A stretch of DNA of 64,000 bases from Candidatus Heimdallarchaeum aukensis (GTDB taxonomy: Archaea > Asgardarchaeota > Heimdallarchaeia > Heimdallarchaeales > Heimdallarchaeaceae), in contig CP084166.1 in the NCBI GenBank assembly GCA_021513695.1, positions 1,824,001 to 1,888,000 on the forward strand, written 5' to 3'. The notes beneath the pieces are model-generated. The model had not been told where the DNA came from. It did not search any database and saw nothing but the letters and a program-made list of their open reading frames with translations. The translations under genes and the position numbers were made by a program. Positions 47,209 to 57,752 of this stretch are shown here, piece by piece. The first letter of the stretch is position 1. The number at the start of each line of letters is the position of its first letter.

Positions 47209-49983
47209 GTGAAAAAAGTGGCTAACTATCTTACAACAAGACAAATTAGTAATAAATTAAGAAAGTTGAAAGAAGAAGGAATTCCTCAGACAATTGTTGA
47301 TGAATTAAAAGAAGAATTGAAAGGAAAAAACGTAACTCAAAAACAGATGGATCTTATAATAAAAGAGATAGTTAAGAGTTATGAATTTGCGCAAATTGAC
47401 CCAGGTAGCGCAGTAGGAACAGTAGCAGCACAATCTATAGGCGAACCAGGAACACAAATGAGTATTCCAGGTAATGAGAAAGTAGTTGTAAAAATTGGAA
47501 GTAAAACAGAAATTATAGAAATCGGAGAGTTTATTGACAATTTATTAGAAAAAAATGAAGGTTATTTAATAGAAAATGAAACAGAGACAGTTGTTTATGA
47601 TCTACCAAATAATAGTGATATCTATGTTTTAGGGATAAACAATAAAGAAAAAATAGTATGGCAAAGAATTCTACAAATAAGTAGGCATTTGCCTAATGGG
47701 AGCCTATTAAGAATAAAAACAAAATCAGGTAGAACAATTACCGCTACATTTTCTCATTCGTTTGTTATACGAAAAGATAATGAGATTGTGCCAGTAAAAG
47801 GAAAAGAATTGCAGTTAGGAGACAGATTACCTATCGTCTTATCTATTCCATCTATGACGCCAATAACAGAGTTATCAGTAAGTGAATATTTACCAAAAGA
47901 GGAAATATGGCATAACCCAGATTTAGCTATAACAATACCAATCAGAGAAGAATATGGAGGAAATCGTTACAACGAACATACAACATCAATAAAACAAGAT
48001 GATTCGTATGAAATCATTAAAATAGAGAAAATTGAAGAGGAAGATTCTTTTTATCCTAGAATTTATCAAAATAATAAAGCACTCATTCCTGAGAAAATTC
48101 CTCTCACAGATGATTTTGCATGGTTTATTGGTGCATATCTAGCAGAAGGGAGTAACACTGGTACAAGAATTTCCATTTCAAATATCAACTATGATTACCT
48201 TAAAAAAGTTGGAAAGTTTGCGGAGTGGCTAAATATTTCAACAGCAACAACAAGCAAAAATGAAGAATTTGGATCTAGTTTAAGTATCCATCTTAACTCA
48301 ATGCTTCTCGCAAAGTTGATGAAAAGAATGTGTGGAAAAGGCCCAGAAACTAAATTTGTTCCAGGATGGACAATCAATACAAAAACGGAATTTATTGGAC
48401 ACTTGCTTCGAGGATTTTTCGATGGAAATGCAACTATTAGTACAGAAAAAGGTGTAATCATAGCTCGTTCTAAATCCAAAGAATTACGCGATGGAATATG
48501 TCTTTTACTATCAAGGTTAGGAATTTTTGCTAAAAAAAGTAACCAAGGAAATAGTTACATATTAACCATTCCTGGAAAATATGCGGAGATATTCCATTCA
48601 AAAATTGGTTCTGACATTGATTATAAAGAAAAATCACTGCTTCAACTTATAGAAATTGAAAAATCAAAACAAAAGACAGATGACTCTGTGGATATAATAC
48701 CAGGATTAGGAACCATCTTTGAGGATATAAAAGAAAAACTAGACTTAAGCCCACAAGTAATTTCTATTGCAAGCAACAAACAAGCCATTGGAAGACAAGC
48801 ATGTGCTCAATATATCAAAATGTTTTCTGAAATTGCTGTGAAGAAAGGAATTAATATAGATAATGAGCTTATGACCTTAAATCAAGCATATAATAGTGAC
48901 GTATTATGGGATGAAATTATAAGTTTAGAGAAAATCGATTCTCCTACACCTTATGTCTATGATTTTGGGGTTTCAGAACTTGAAACATTTATGACTGCAG
49001 AAGGAATAATAACTCATAACACCTTACAGACTTTCCATTACTCTGGTGTTGCAGAGATGTCTGTTCTTCGAGGTTTACCAAGATTAATAGAAATCGTTGA
49101 CGCTAGAAAAAATCCTAGTACTCCAACTATGAGAATTCATTTAGATAAAATAGGAGAAAAGGATGAACAAATAGCTAAACAAGTCGCTAGAAGAATTGAG
49201 TTAACTACTGTTAGCAATGTAGCAACTAGTATTAAGCACAGTTTTGCAGAAGGATGCATAAAGATCAAATTGGAACCAGTTTTACTAGAAGATAAAGGTA
49301 TTGAGCCTGAGACCATCGTCAAAAAGATCCAGAAGAAAAGAAGGCGTATTAAAGTAGAAATAGACCCCAACGATGAATATACTATTATTGTAACCCCAAC
49401 AAAAGAACTTAAGTTCAATGAATTACCAAAACTTGCAGAAAAGGTAAAGGACATACCTATTAAAGGATTAAAAAATATTACTAGAGTAGTAGTTCTTAAA
49501 AACAAACAAGGAGAGTATTATCTTCAAAGTGAAGGGAGTAATTTCAGTGAATTACTGCGAATACCGGGAGTCGATCCAACTAGATGCTATAGCAGTGACA
49601 TAAATCAAATTGCAGAAACCCTAGGGATTGAAGCAGCAAGAAATGCGCTCATACAAGAATCTTTAGCAGTTATGAAAGAACAGGGATTAGACGTAGATAA
49701 AAGACATGTTATGCTTGTTGCAGATCTTATGACATTGGTTGGAGAAGTACAGCAAATTGGACGACATGGTGTTTCAGGAAAGAAAAGCTCTGTTTTTGCT
49801 AGAGCAGCTTTTGAAGTAACCGTGAAACATTTGTTAGAAGCCGCAATCCATGGGGAACATGAACCTTTAGAAGGAATTACAGAAAATGTTATAATTGGAC
49901 AAACAATTGCATTAGGAACAGGAATTGTGGATCTTACTATGAGTCCAAATTATAGAGAGTTTGCCAAAGAAGAAGAAAACTAA
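47209..49983 (+). CDS. rpoA2: DNA-directed RNA polymerase subunit A'' (Rpo1C) interrupted by an in-frame intein of about 520 aa
   Basis: The exteins (84 plus 320 aa) read ...SIGEPGTQM[S...intein...HN]TLQTFHYSGVAEMSVLRGLPRLIEIVDARK. The whole ORF is 924 aa. Confidence 0.9.
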   Translation: MKKVANYLTTRQISNKLRKLKEEGIPQTIVDELKEELKGKNVTQKQMDLIIKEIVKSYEFAQIDPGSAVGTVAAQSIGEPGTQMSIPGNEKVVVKIGSKTEIIEIGEFIDNLLEKNEGYLIENETETVVYDLPNNSDIYVLGINNKEKIVWQRILQISRHLPNGSLLRIKTKSGRTITATFSHSFVIRKDNEIVPVKGKELQLGDRLPIVLSIPSMTPITELSVSEYLPKEEIWHNPDLAITIPIREEYGGNRYNEHTTSIKQDDSYEIIKIEKIEEEDSFYPRIYQNNKALIPEKIPLTDDFAWFIGAYLAEGSNTGTRISISNINYDYLKKVGKFAEWLNISTATTSKNEEFGSSLSIHLNSMLLAKLMKRMCGKGPETKFVPGWTINTKTEFIGHLLRGFFDGNATISTEKGVIIARSKSKELRDGICLLLSRLGIFAKKSNQGNSYILTIPGKYAEIFHSKIGSDIDYKEKSLLQLIEIEKSKQKTDDSVDIIPGLGTIFEDIKEKLDLSPQVISIASNKQAIGRQACAQYIKMFSEIAVKKGINIDNELMTLNQAYNSDVLWDEIISLEKIDSPTPYVYDFGVSELETFMTAEGIITHNTLQTFHYSGVAEMSVLRGLPRLIEIVDARKNPSTPTMRIHLDKIGEKDEQIAKQVARRIELTTVSNVATSIKHSFAEGCIKIKLEPVLLEDKGIEPETIVKKIQKKRRRIKVEIDPNDEYTIIVTPTKELKFNELPKLAEKVKDIPIKGLKNITRVVVLKNKQGEYYLQSEGSNFSELLRIPGVDPTRCYSSDINQIAETLGIEAARNALIQESLAVMKEQGLDVDKRHVMLVADLMTLVGEVQQIGRHGVSGKKSSVFARAAFEVTVKHLLEAAIHGEHEPLEGITENVIIGQTIALGTGIVDLTMSPNYREFAKEEEN
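47461..49020 (+). mobile_element. Intein in rpoA2 with a LAGLIDADG homing-endonuclease domain
   Basis: Starts with Ser after GTQM and ends THN before TLQ. LAGLIDADG-like motifs FAWFIGAYLAEGSNTG and GHLLRGFFDGNATIS. Coordinates come from codon counting. Confidence 0.8.
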
Positions 49984-50711
49984 TCCTCTCTCTTTTTTAA
50001 ATTTTTAAAGTGAACATGTGTTGGAACATGAACAAAGATATAGTCTTTGGCTAATTCACTCAATTTTTTCGCTTCAAACAGAGTTAAGTGGTAATCTTCT
50101 TTTTTTTCAATGAATGTTGTTTCTATCAAAGCAAGGTCAATATCCTTGACAAGTTTTTCTAGTTGATCAAAATATCCAGTATCTCCTGTATATAAGATCG
50201 TTTCTTTGTTTTTTGATATTTTATATCCAACAGCACTCATTTTTTTTCCAGCTGGACTTAAAGAGCTTCTATGCTGCACTAAAAAAGGAGTTATAACAAA
50301 AGGTCCGAATTTAAGAGAAATGTCCTTTGCTTCGACAAAATTTATTTCAAAAGTTTGATGTTGCTTATGGTATTCTGTAAACACATTAATCATATTTTTA
50401 AGATTGGAGTTATCAGGAGGTGAAATGATATTGAGAGTTTTATTTCGTTTCACTAATCTAAAAATAGAGAGTAATGAAAATATACCTCCAACATGATCAA
50501 AATGGCCGTGGGTTATTGCAATAGTACTTATTTTCTCAAAAATTTGTCCTGGTAACTCTAATAGGTCTCTAACTATTCCATCTCCAGCATCAACTAAAAG
50601 AAAACTGTCTTCACCTCTACTCTGTATAAGTATTTGTGATGCAACTCCAGCAACAGAAAAAAGAACTTTTACATTGAATTCTTTTCCAACCCAATCCCAA
50701 TTAACACTCAT
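49980..50711 (-). CDS. Metallo-beta-lactamase-fold hydrolase
   Basis: HxHxDH motif AITHGHFDHVGG. 243 aa. Confidence 0.6.
   Translation of the reverse strand: MSVNWDWVGKEFNVKVLFSVAGVASQILIQSRGEDSFLLVDAGDGIVRDLLELPGQIFEKISTIAITHGHFDHVGGIFSLLSIFRLVKRNKTLNIISPPDNSNLKNMINVFTEYHKQHQTFEINFVEAKDISLKFGPFVITPFLVQHRSSLSPAGKKMSAVGYKISKNKETILYTGDTGYFDQLEKLVKDIDLALIETTFIEKKEDYHLTLFEAKKLSELAKDYIFVHVPTHVHFKNLKKRED
49986..50008. terminator. T-rich tract between the convergent rpoA2 and MBL genes (possible archaeal oligo-T terminator)
   Basis: ctctcttttttaaatttttaaag lies immediately after the rpoA2 stop. Confidence 0.25.
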
Positions 50712-50900
50712 AAAAAAAGTGAATATATTAATTCATATATACTTTTTTAATTATTGATTTTTGTCAAAGCAAGTCTGACAGCGATTTTTATTGCTTCAAT
50801 AGATTTTACATTGAAACTCAGTTATAATATTCATCCTTCTATATTTATCTCAACAGTTTTCCTAACAATATGTTTTTAATAAATATGAAATTAGTTTCTT

Positions 50901-51230
50901 GTGTCAATCTCTAGTTTTCAAAAAAGATTTACGTATGTTGAAAAACAAATAAATGAAATTTCTACTATAGGAAACTACTGTATTGTAGGAGAGATATCAA
51001 AAATTGAAGACAATGGATTCCAATTATCCGATGAGACTGGAGAAATTTCAGTAAAATACCCTGAAGGATTTGTCCATGAGAATTTAAAAGAGGGAAATTT
51101 TGTCCGTATCTTCGGAAAAATAGAAGGAGAGCTAAACATTATTAAAAGTGATATAATACAAGAACTTCATGAGCTTGATTTAAATTTATACAGGAAAATG
51201 AGAATTATTGAAAAATCATTAGTCGAGTAA
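50901..51230 (+). CDS. Small OB-fold nucleic-acid-binding protein (RPA/SSB-like); GTG start
   Basis: OB-fold-like pattern NYCIVGEISKIEDNGFQLSDETGEISVKYPEG...FVRIFGKIEGELNI. The start codon appears to be GTG. Confidence 0.35.
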   Translation: MSISSFQKRFTYVEKQINEISTIGNYCIVGEISKIEDNGFQLSDETGEISVKYPEGFVHENLKEGNFVRIFGKIEGELNIIKSDIIQELHELDLNLYRKMRIIEKSLVE

Positions 51231-51274
51231 AAAAAAGAAGTATATCGAACTATATGTTTGTGATAAACTTAAAT

Positions 51275-52432
51275 TTAGAGATTATAGTCAATATCTTCAT
51301 ATTCGAGATCTTCATCTTCTATTTGGTCTATATATTCTTCAGAAATTTCAATTTTTGATTGCTCTTTAAATTTATCATGTGTTTTCCATATATGAATGAT
51401 AAGTTCATCCAAGTTTTTTGTAAGTAGGTCAATGTTTATATTTTCCTTTGTAGAAATCTCAAAGTCTGTATTAAATTTAGATTTAGCTTTTTCAATTTCT
51501 TCATCAGATAATAAATCAATTTTATTTAATACACGAATAATTGGAACTTGAGGAAAGTTCGTTTTAATATCATTCAATAGATTAAGTTGTTCATCTAGTT
51601 TAAGACTAGCATTATATGATGTATCGAAGAGAATTATGATAATATCCGATATATATCGAATTGTGGAAATACTCTGAAGCTCAATTATGTTTCTTTCACC
51701 AAATGGTCTATCTAATATTCCTGGAGTATCAACAACTTGTGCCATCGTAAAAAAAAGATTACGATGGCCAAAAATGATTTTTTTTGTTGTAAAAGGATAT
51801 TCACCGATTTCTGGTTTACCTGTTGAAATAGATCTCACTAGTGAGGACTTACCAACATTTGGAGCGCCAGCAACTACTACTGATGGAATAGTCATATCAA
51901 AATCGGGAATTGTTTTAGCCTTTTTAGTCACACGAATTAAATATTTGATATCACCTTTAGCTTTTTTTACTAAAGATGCAAATCTCCCATAAGCAGATTG
52001 CCTAATTTTAGCTGTTTGTTGGGGGTGTGTTGTCTCTTTTAATTTTTTCAATTCTTCCTTTTCTATTTTCTTTATTTGTTCAGAAATTCCTTTTAATCTC
52101 CCCAAAATTTGTTTTATCTTGGCAATATCTCCAAATACTGCACAAAGAGAGATATAAAAAGGATGCATATCTTCAATCCAAGGAAATTGTGAAATAATTT
52201 TTTCTAGTTGTGTGCAAATATATGAAGATAAAGCAGAAATGCGTTTTGCCTCTAAAGCAGCTATTTTTTCCTCTCTAGATTTTCTTCTACTTCTCTTCTG
52301 CTTAAATTGAACAGCAGCTGCTTTATTAAAGCCCATTTTTAGTATTTCGTTAACTGGGGGGATATAACCTACACGTCGAAAGGGATTTCCTTGATAACGA
52401 TCATGTTGCTTTTTTCTTGACACTAAGTACAC
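51275..52432 (-). CDS. NOG1-family GTPase (archaeal Nog1 homologue)
   Basis: N-terminal helical NOG1-type domain, G1 GAPNVGKSS, G3 DTPGILDRP, G4 NKIDL. Confidence 0.7.
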   Translation of the reverse strand: MYLVSRKKQHDRYQGNPFRRVGYIPPVNEILKMGFNKAAAVQFKQKRSRRKSREEKIAALEAKRISALSSYICTQLEKIISQFPWIEDMHPFYISLCAVFGDIAKIKQILGRLKGISEQIKKIEKEELKKLKETTHPQQTAKIRQSAYGRFASLVKKAKGDIKYLIRVTKKAKTIPDFDMTIPSVVVAGAPNVGKSSLVRSISTGKPEIGEYPFTTKKIIFGHRNLFFTMAQVVDTPGILDRPFGERNIIELQSISTIRYISDIIIILFDTSYNASLKLDEQLNLLNDIKTNFPQVPIIRVLNKIDLLSDEEIEKAKSKFNTDFEISTKENINIDLLTKNLDELIIHIWKTHDKFKEQSKIEISEEYIDQIEDEDLEYEDIDYNL

Positions 52433-53559
52433 CTTATTTGTTCTAAAATTTCTGGTTTGATAGGATGATCAAAGTATTTTTCCAGATTTTCAATAACCTC
52501 TTTTCTTTTCAAAGTAAATTTATCTTGATATTCACAAACTAAATTGTAAAGTTTTGGTTTACAGTCTTTTCCACATATTAGCTTTCCATTTTTACATTGG
52601 TCTCTTATTTGCTCTAGTTCTTTATCATCCCTAATAAAGAAAGTTTCAAACCAATTAAATACGGTACATTTTTCAGGAACTCCACCCAGTTCTCTCTGTT
52701 CTTTTAATGTATCTCTTCCACCAGTCAATGCACTCATAATTTTCTTTTTTATCGTTTTTTTATCGTCTCTTATGTATACACAAGTTTCTGGAACTGATGA
52801 TGACATTGGACCCCCTGTGAGTCCTTTCAAGTATTTCACATAAATGGAGGCGGGAGCTGTAATTTTCCTTCTCCCAGCGATATCTCTAGTTAGTCTCATA
52901 TATACATCTTGATCTAAACCTATAGGTACAACTACAGGAAGATTGTAGTCAACACTAGGTTGAAGGATATGAGCTGCTTGCACACAAGAATAGAAAACAG
53001 TTCCTGCATTTTCTTCACCAGAAAAACCTAATGCAGCTTTAATTGAATTATAAGTAAGGTTAACTGAAAAATCAAGTGCTAATCGGTATATTCTGGGTGT
53101 TTCACTTGATAAATAACAATGAACATTATCTGGTTTGAAGCCTAACGCAAAAATATCTATTGCATTCTCGATTGCTAATTTATATGTTTCATCATCCAAT
53201 GTTTTTAACTTTCTAAAAACGTATTTTTCATCATCTGATAAAGGCATAAAAAACTTACATCCGAACTTTTTCTGTAGTTCTAATATCAATTCAAAAACAA
53301 TCAAATGACCAATGTGCAGATCATTTGAAGGTCCTCGACCACTTATTATTGCCCAATCAAGACCATTTTTTGCTCGTTCAAGAATTTTATTAAAGTCTCG
53401 ATGTGCAATAACAATTTTCCTTCTGAAAAAGAAAATATCTTGTTCTATCTCCGATTGAAGTTTGTCTATATCTTCAATCCCAAATTCTCGCATAATGTTT
53501 TCGTAATCAGTTCTTTTTTTAATATCATAGTTACTATTCTGTTTCACATCTATCACCAA
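52423..53559 (-). CDS. trpS: Tryptophanyl-tRNA synthetase (archaeal/eukaryotic type)
   Basis: SGRGPSNDLHIGHLIVFELIL...PLSDDEKYVF parallels eukaryotic TrpRS TGRGPSSEAMHVGHLIPF...DDEKYLW. KMSKS-like GPMSSS. 378 aa. Confidence 0.7.
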   Translation of the reverse strand: MVIDVKQNSNYDIKKRTDYENIMREFGIEDIDKLQSEIEQDIFFFRRKIVIAHRDFNKILERAKNGLDWAIISGRGPSNDLHIGHLIVFELILELQKKFGCKFFMPLSDDEKYVFRKLKTLDDETYKLAIENAIDIFALGFKPDNVHCYLSSETPRIYRLALDFSVNLTYNSIKAALGFSGEENAGTVFYSCVQAAHILQPSVDYNLPVVVPIGLDQDVYMRLTRDIAGRRKITAPASIYVKYLKGLTGGPMSSSVPETCVYIRDDKKTIKKKIMSALTGGRDTLKEQRELGGVPEKCTVFNWFETFFIRDDKELEQIRDQCKNGKLICGKDCKPKLYNLVCEYQDKFTLKRKEVIENLEKYFDHPIKPEILEQIRCT

Positions 53560-53722
53560 AAAACGTCACTAAAAAACTTTGTTTTTCCATATAACGAGAT
53601 GGATCACTATTCACTGCAAAAGTAAGAAAAACTATCTTTAAAGTAATTGCCAACCCAAGTGACCACTCTCATCGTTAGGTGGTTATAATTATTTAAAAAG
53701 TTTATCCAAAATTTTCCAATTT

Positions 53723-54742
53723 TGTATACTCTACCTACGTTGGTAACAAATAAATAGAAAGTGGGTTACGAGGGTAAATGATGAATTATGAACAAACCCG
53801 AACGTAACCTAGAGAGACTAAGAAAGATTGTGGTTAAAAAAGCTTTGGAAGGAGAAAAGAGAAGATAAAAAAGGTAGCTCACGACTATATGGTGAGTAGG
53901 AAGTTTGTGTATAAATGGTTAAAGAGGTTCAGAGAGAACCCTGAAGGAGAATGGTGGAAGGATAGATCTTCCAGACCAAAAACTATACACAGGAAAGTAG
54001 ATGAGGAGTTAAAAGAGAGGATAAGGGAGTTAAGAATAAAACAAGGAATGAATGTGGAGAAGATAGCTTATCTGTTGAAGAAAGAAGGAAGAGGATTATC
54101 GCGAAATACAGTAATTAAAGTAATAGGAGAGCTTGGTCTTCCTCTGTGGAGTAATAGGAAAAAGAGGAAGAGACCTCGATACAAGAGATTTGAGCGAGAA
54201 AAACCTAACGAACTCTGGCAGATAGATGTGAAAGGACCATTCTGGGTAGAAGAACAAGGATAGACAACATCTCCACCTCATAACTCTCATAGATGATCAC
54301 TCACGATTCTGTCTAGGAGCTAAACTTCACCCTTTTGCACCGAAAAAAGAGCAGATAATAAGTTTGCTAGAAGAAGCAATAGAAAAATATGGTCGCCCCG
54401 AGTCTATACTCACGGACAATGGAGCCCTCTTCTCTTCTGTTAGAGGAGGAACAAGTACCTTCTCCCGTTGGTGTCAAACAGAGGGAATAAAACACATCAG
54501 AGCTAGAGTTTTTCACCCTGAAACATGCGGAAAAGTAGAAAGACTACATGGAACCATCATCCGTGAGATGGAAAGATTAGGTCTAAAATACTGCAACTCC
54601 GACCTCTCTTACTATCGCTCGTACTACAATTTTAGTCGTCCTCACCAGTCTCTTAACCTCCTTACTCCTGGAGAAAGATTTATGAATCACCCTTACGTTT
54701 CTCTAGTGCCCAAAAGTGTAACCCATGTCTATTGAGTGAACA
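53723..54742 (+). mobile_element. IS481-like insertion sequence copy 2, decayed. Flanked by a perfect 16-bp direct repeat CAAAATTTTCCAATTT at 53707-53722 and 54743-54758.
   Basis: Termini are TGTATACTC... and ...GAGTGAACA. About 85-90% identical to copy 1 by eye, in inverted orientation. The direct repeats were read directly from the sequence. Confidence 0.7.
53785..54735 (+). pseudogene. Transposase of IS copy 2, disrupted by an indel in the HTH region and a 4-nt insertion that creates an in-frame TAG after ...WVEEQG
   Basis: The ORF fragments at 53889-54263 and 54364-54735 together span the HTH plus rve core (WQIDVKG, LTDNGALF, HPETCGKVER). Confidence 0.65.
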
Positions 54743-54824
54743 CAAAATTTTCCAATTTAATAAAAGAAGTATTTTAGTACAGAATTAAAAAGAATATTTT
54801 TGAATATAAAAAAAATGTAAACAT

Positions 54825-56237
54825 ATGAATAATTGGATTGAGTTTTATCTTTCATCACTCAGAGAACTTAAGCCTAGAAATCCCAATCAAAGCCATATTT
54901 TAATCGGTTTTAATGTTAATTTAGATAAAATAATAAAAATCACTCCAATTAATTTTTCCAACTATTTTTCTAAATTTCAAGATTTTGAAAATAACAATAG
55001 TTTTTCCCTAAAAGAAAAAATAATAGAAACAGAGGAGAATTTCTTTAAATTTCTTATCGATGCCATTAAAAGAGGAAAGGCTGAAGAATACCTCATAAAC
55101 GAAAAAATTCAGGAATGGATTGAATCAAATTTCTCTCTTGAGAAAACATGTATTGGAGGACAAGCTGCAATCATCGCAAATATATTAAGTGACTTTGGTT
55201 ACACCAACATAATTTTAAGTTTACCAGTAAAAGATAAACGCTTTAAACATCTACTTAATGAAGAAATAAGAATTCCAATCAAAAAGAATAATGAAGTAGA
55301 ATTATTACCAATAAAAAAAATACCCTTCAAAAGAAAATACAACATAGAGCACTATATCTTTGAATTCAATTCAGGGAAGTACTCTATAGGAAATAAGCGT
55401 ATAGTTTGCACTAGAAACAACAGATTTATAGCTTCTGCAGACACGATAAATTCAAAAATGATAATAGATGATGCTTTTGTAGAATGGAGCAGAAAAAATG
55501 CAAGATCAATTACAGTTGCAATATTATCTGGTTTTCATTTACTACGAAGTGAGATCTTAAAAGAAAAAGAGAAAAATAACTTAAACAGTACAATTGAACT
55601 AATAGAACAATTGAAGAAAAACAATAAACAGATAAAAATTCACATAGAGCTAGCTTCATTTAATAATATAGAAAGTTTAAGTTTTGTAATCGAAAAACTA
55701 TTTCCAACTATTGACTCCATTGGGTTAAATGAACAAGAACTAATCATGGTTGCAAGAATTTTTGACACTGAACTTTCTTCAAAAATGCGAAACGGAACAA
55801 TAATTGACTATTGTAATGGTTTATTTGAGATATTTAGAAGATTTTCAAACTTAAGGATTCATTTTCATTTCTTAGGTTACTATCTCATCCTCTCAAAACC
55901 AATTTCAGAAGAAAAAATTATGACTAGGCGTTCTTCTCTAATTAAAGCAGCAATTAAAGCCTATCAAAAAGTATCACTATCTTCAAATATATTATATATC
56001 AAAGAAAATATAAAAAATCTTATCTCACGTAAAGGAATAGATGAAATAAGAACATTAGAAGAGTACTTGGTTAAGAAGTATAAGGTTGAAGGATCACTTT
56101 CTTTTGATGGGTATTTAAGATCCGAAAAATTTACTATTGTTGCTATACCAACTTTAATAGAAAAAAAACCTACACATCTTGTAGGATTGGGGGACACTAT
56201 TTCTTCTGTGTCATTTATTGAAGATTATATTGACTAA
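54825..56237 (+). CDS. ADP-dependent sugar kinase (ADP-GK/ADP-PFK family)
   Basis: GGQAAIIAN (as in GGNAAxMAN) and the C-terminal GLGDTISS motif (GxGD nucleotide-binding). 470 aa. Confidence 0.65.
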   Translation: MNNWIEFYLSSLRELKPRNPNQSHILIGFNVNLDKIIKITPINFSNYFSKFQDFENNNSFSLKEKIIETEENFFKFLIDAIKRGKAEEYLINEKIQEWIESNFSLEKTCIGGQAAIIANILSDFGYTNIILSLPVKDKRFKHLLNEEIRIPIKKNNEVELLPIKKIPFKRKYNIEHYIFEFNSGKYSIGNKRIVCTRNNRFIASADTINSKMIIDDAFVEWSRKNARSITVAILSGFHLLRSEILKEKEKNNLNSTIELIEQLKKNNKQIKIHIELASFNNIESLSFVIEKLFPTIDSIGLNEQELIMVARIFDTELSSKMRNGTIIDYCNGLFEIFRRFSNLRIHFHFLGYYLILSKPISEEKIMTRRSSLIKAAIKAYQKVSLSSNILYIKENIKNLISRKGIDEIRTLEEYLVKKYKVEGSLSFDGYLRSEKFTIVAIPTLIEKKPTHLVGLGDTISSVSFIEDYID

Positions 56238-56318
56238 CTTAGTAATAACATTTAAGCTTGAATAAAAATTTAGAAAAATTTTTGCTCTTATATATGCTAT
56301 GAAGGTAGTATTAATGAT

Positions 56319-57689
56319 ATGAGTTCCAGAATAAGTACTCATGATAATGTAATTGAATTATATCATAAAAAAAATTTGCAATTACGAGTTGAAATTTTTA
56401 AAATTAAAAATTTTAATGCAGAAAACAAGCACTTGATAAACGAGTTGACATCTAGAAAACAAACTTACAGTCTTTATATCTCAAAACAAGAAATTCTTTT
56501 GTTTATATATTATTTCAAAGATGAATTGGTAAGAATTGATTCTAAAGACGTATCTAATAACAGTTTTTTAGTTAGCTATGTAGATATAATAAATGAAACC
56601 AATAGTTATTTTCCAGTACAAAAAATTAGAAAAATAAAAGAAAAGAACGATATAATACAAATTACTTACGATAATAAAGAAAAAGAATTCTATAGAATAT
56701 ATGTATGCCAATTAAGAAAAGGAGAACAACTTCTAGAAAAAGATATTGCTAAGTATTTCAGTGATATAGCAAAGTTAGGTTTTTTTGACATTGTAATATC
56801 ACAAAAATTTGATAACAAGGAAGGAAAGAATAGTGAAAATTGGGGAATATTTCTAATTACAAAAAATAAAAATGAAAAAGAACTTGAAATAAAGCATAAG
56901 CATTTTATGAATTTAATTAATCGCAAAATAAAATTATTTAATATAAATTTTGTAAAGGCAACAAAAAAAGATATTGAGTGGAATAGAACTAAATTCCAGT
57001 TTTTATTACCATGGATAAGACACTCTGGGAATCTGGCATTTACATTAGATTTTAATTTATTTTTTAATAACTTCAACACTACAGCTAGACTAAACTTAAA
57101 AGAAAAACATGAAAACTTAAAAGGAAAAAAAGAGAAAATTAATTCAACTTATAATCCTGACAAAAAGCCATTACCTTCAGTAAAAGAAATAAACTACAAC
57201 ATAGGTAGATCAAATAAAGATTTTAAACTAAAAAAAGATGAAATTATGTCTCAAATTGAAGAACCGATGATTATTCAAACAATTCCAAAGACAACTGAAG
57301 TCTCAAAAAAATCAAATAAGGTTCAAATAAGAAAAACAGTTTCTGGAATTTTCAAAACAATTGGTTTCAAAGAAAGTTTAATTTTTAATAATAAGTTTGA
57401 TATCGTACTAAGACGAGGGACATCTTACATTTTTGTTATTATCTCTACAGATACATTTCTATCTCACAACGCTTATGAACTTATTGAAGAATTATCAAGC
57501 ATTGCTGGTTTAAGGAACAACTTTTTAGCGTTGGTTATTGCACCAGTTTTTGAACGACAAGCGGAGAAAATATTACGAGATTATAATATTATAATGGTCA
57601 ATAAGTTAGAAAGTATGGATGAAGAAACGTTAAAGAAAGTATTACACGAAAGATCTAGTGAATTATACTCATTTCTACCTGTTGCATAA
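56319..57689 (+). CDS. Lys-rich hypothetical protein with internally repeated FDIV..hhhI motif
   Basis: 456-aa ORF. GFFDIVISQ...WGIFLITKN and KFDIVLRRGTSYIFVIIS suggest two related alpha/beta modules. No family recognised. Confidence 0.35.
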   Translation: MSSRISTHDNVIELYHKKNLQLRVEIFKIKNFNAENKHLINELTSRKQTYSLYISKQEILLFIYYFKDELVRIDSKDVSNNSFLVSYVDIINETNSYFPVQKIRKIKEKNDIIQITYDNKEKEFYRIYVCQLRKGEQLLEKDIAKYFSDIAKLGFFDIVISQKFDNKEGKNSENWGIFLITKNKNEKELEIKHKHFMNLINRKIKLFNINFVKATKKDIEWNRTKFQFLLPWIRHSGNLAFTLDFNLFFNNFNTTARLNLKEKHENLKGKKEKINSTYNPDKKPLPSVKEINYNIGRSNKDFKLKKDEIMSQIEEPMIIQTIPKTTEVSKKSNKVQIRKTVSGIFKTIGFKESLIFNNKFDIVLRRGTSYIFVIISTDTFLSHNAYELIEELSSIAGLRNNFLALVIAPVFERQAEKILRDYNIIMVNKLESMDEETLKKVLHERSSELYSFLPVA

Positions 57690-57752
57690 GAGTATTAAAA
57701 TCACATCTATTGAAAACTAGATTTCAAATATTTTTCTTAAAAAAACTTATTT

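Noticed and set aside
29341-54742. Idea that recombination between the two inverted IS copies inverted the intervening 23 kb
   Set aside because: Each copy retains its own matching 16-bp flanking duplication, so no exchange between the copies has occurred since insertion.
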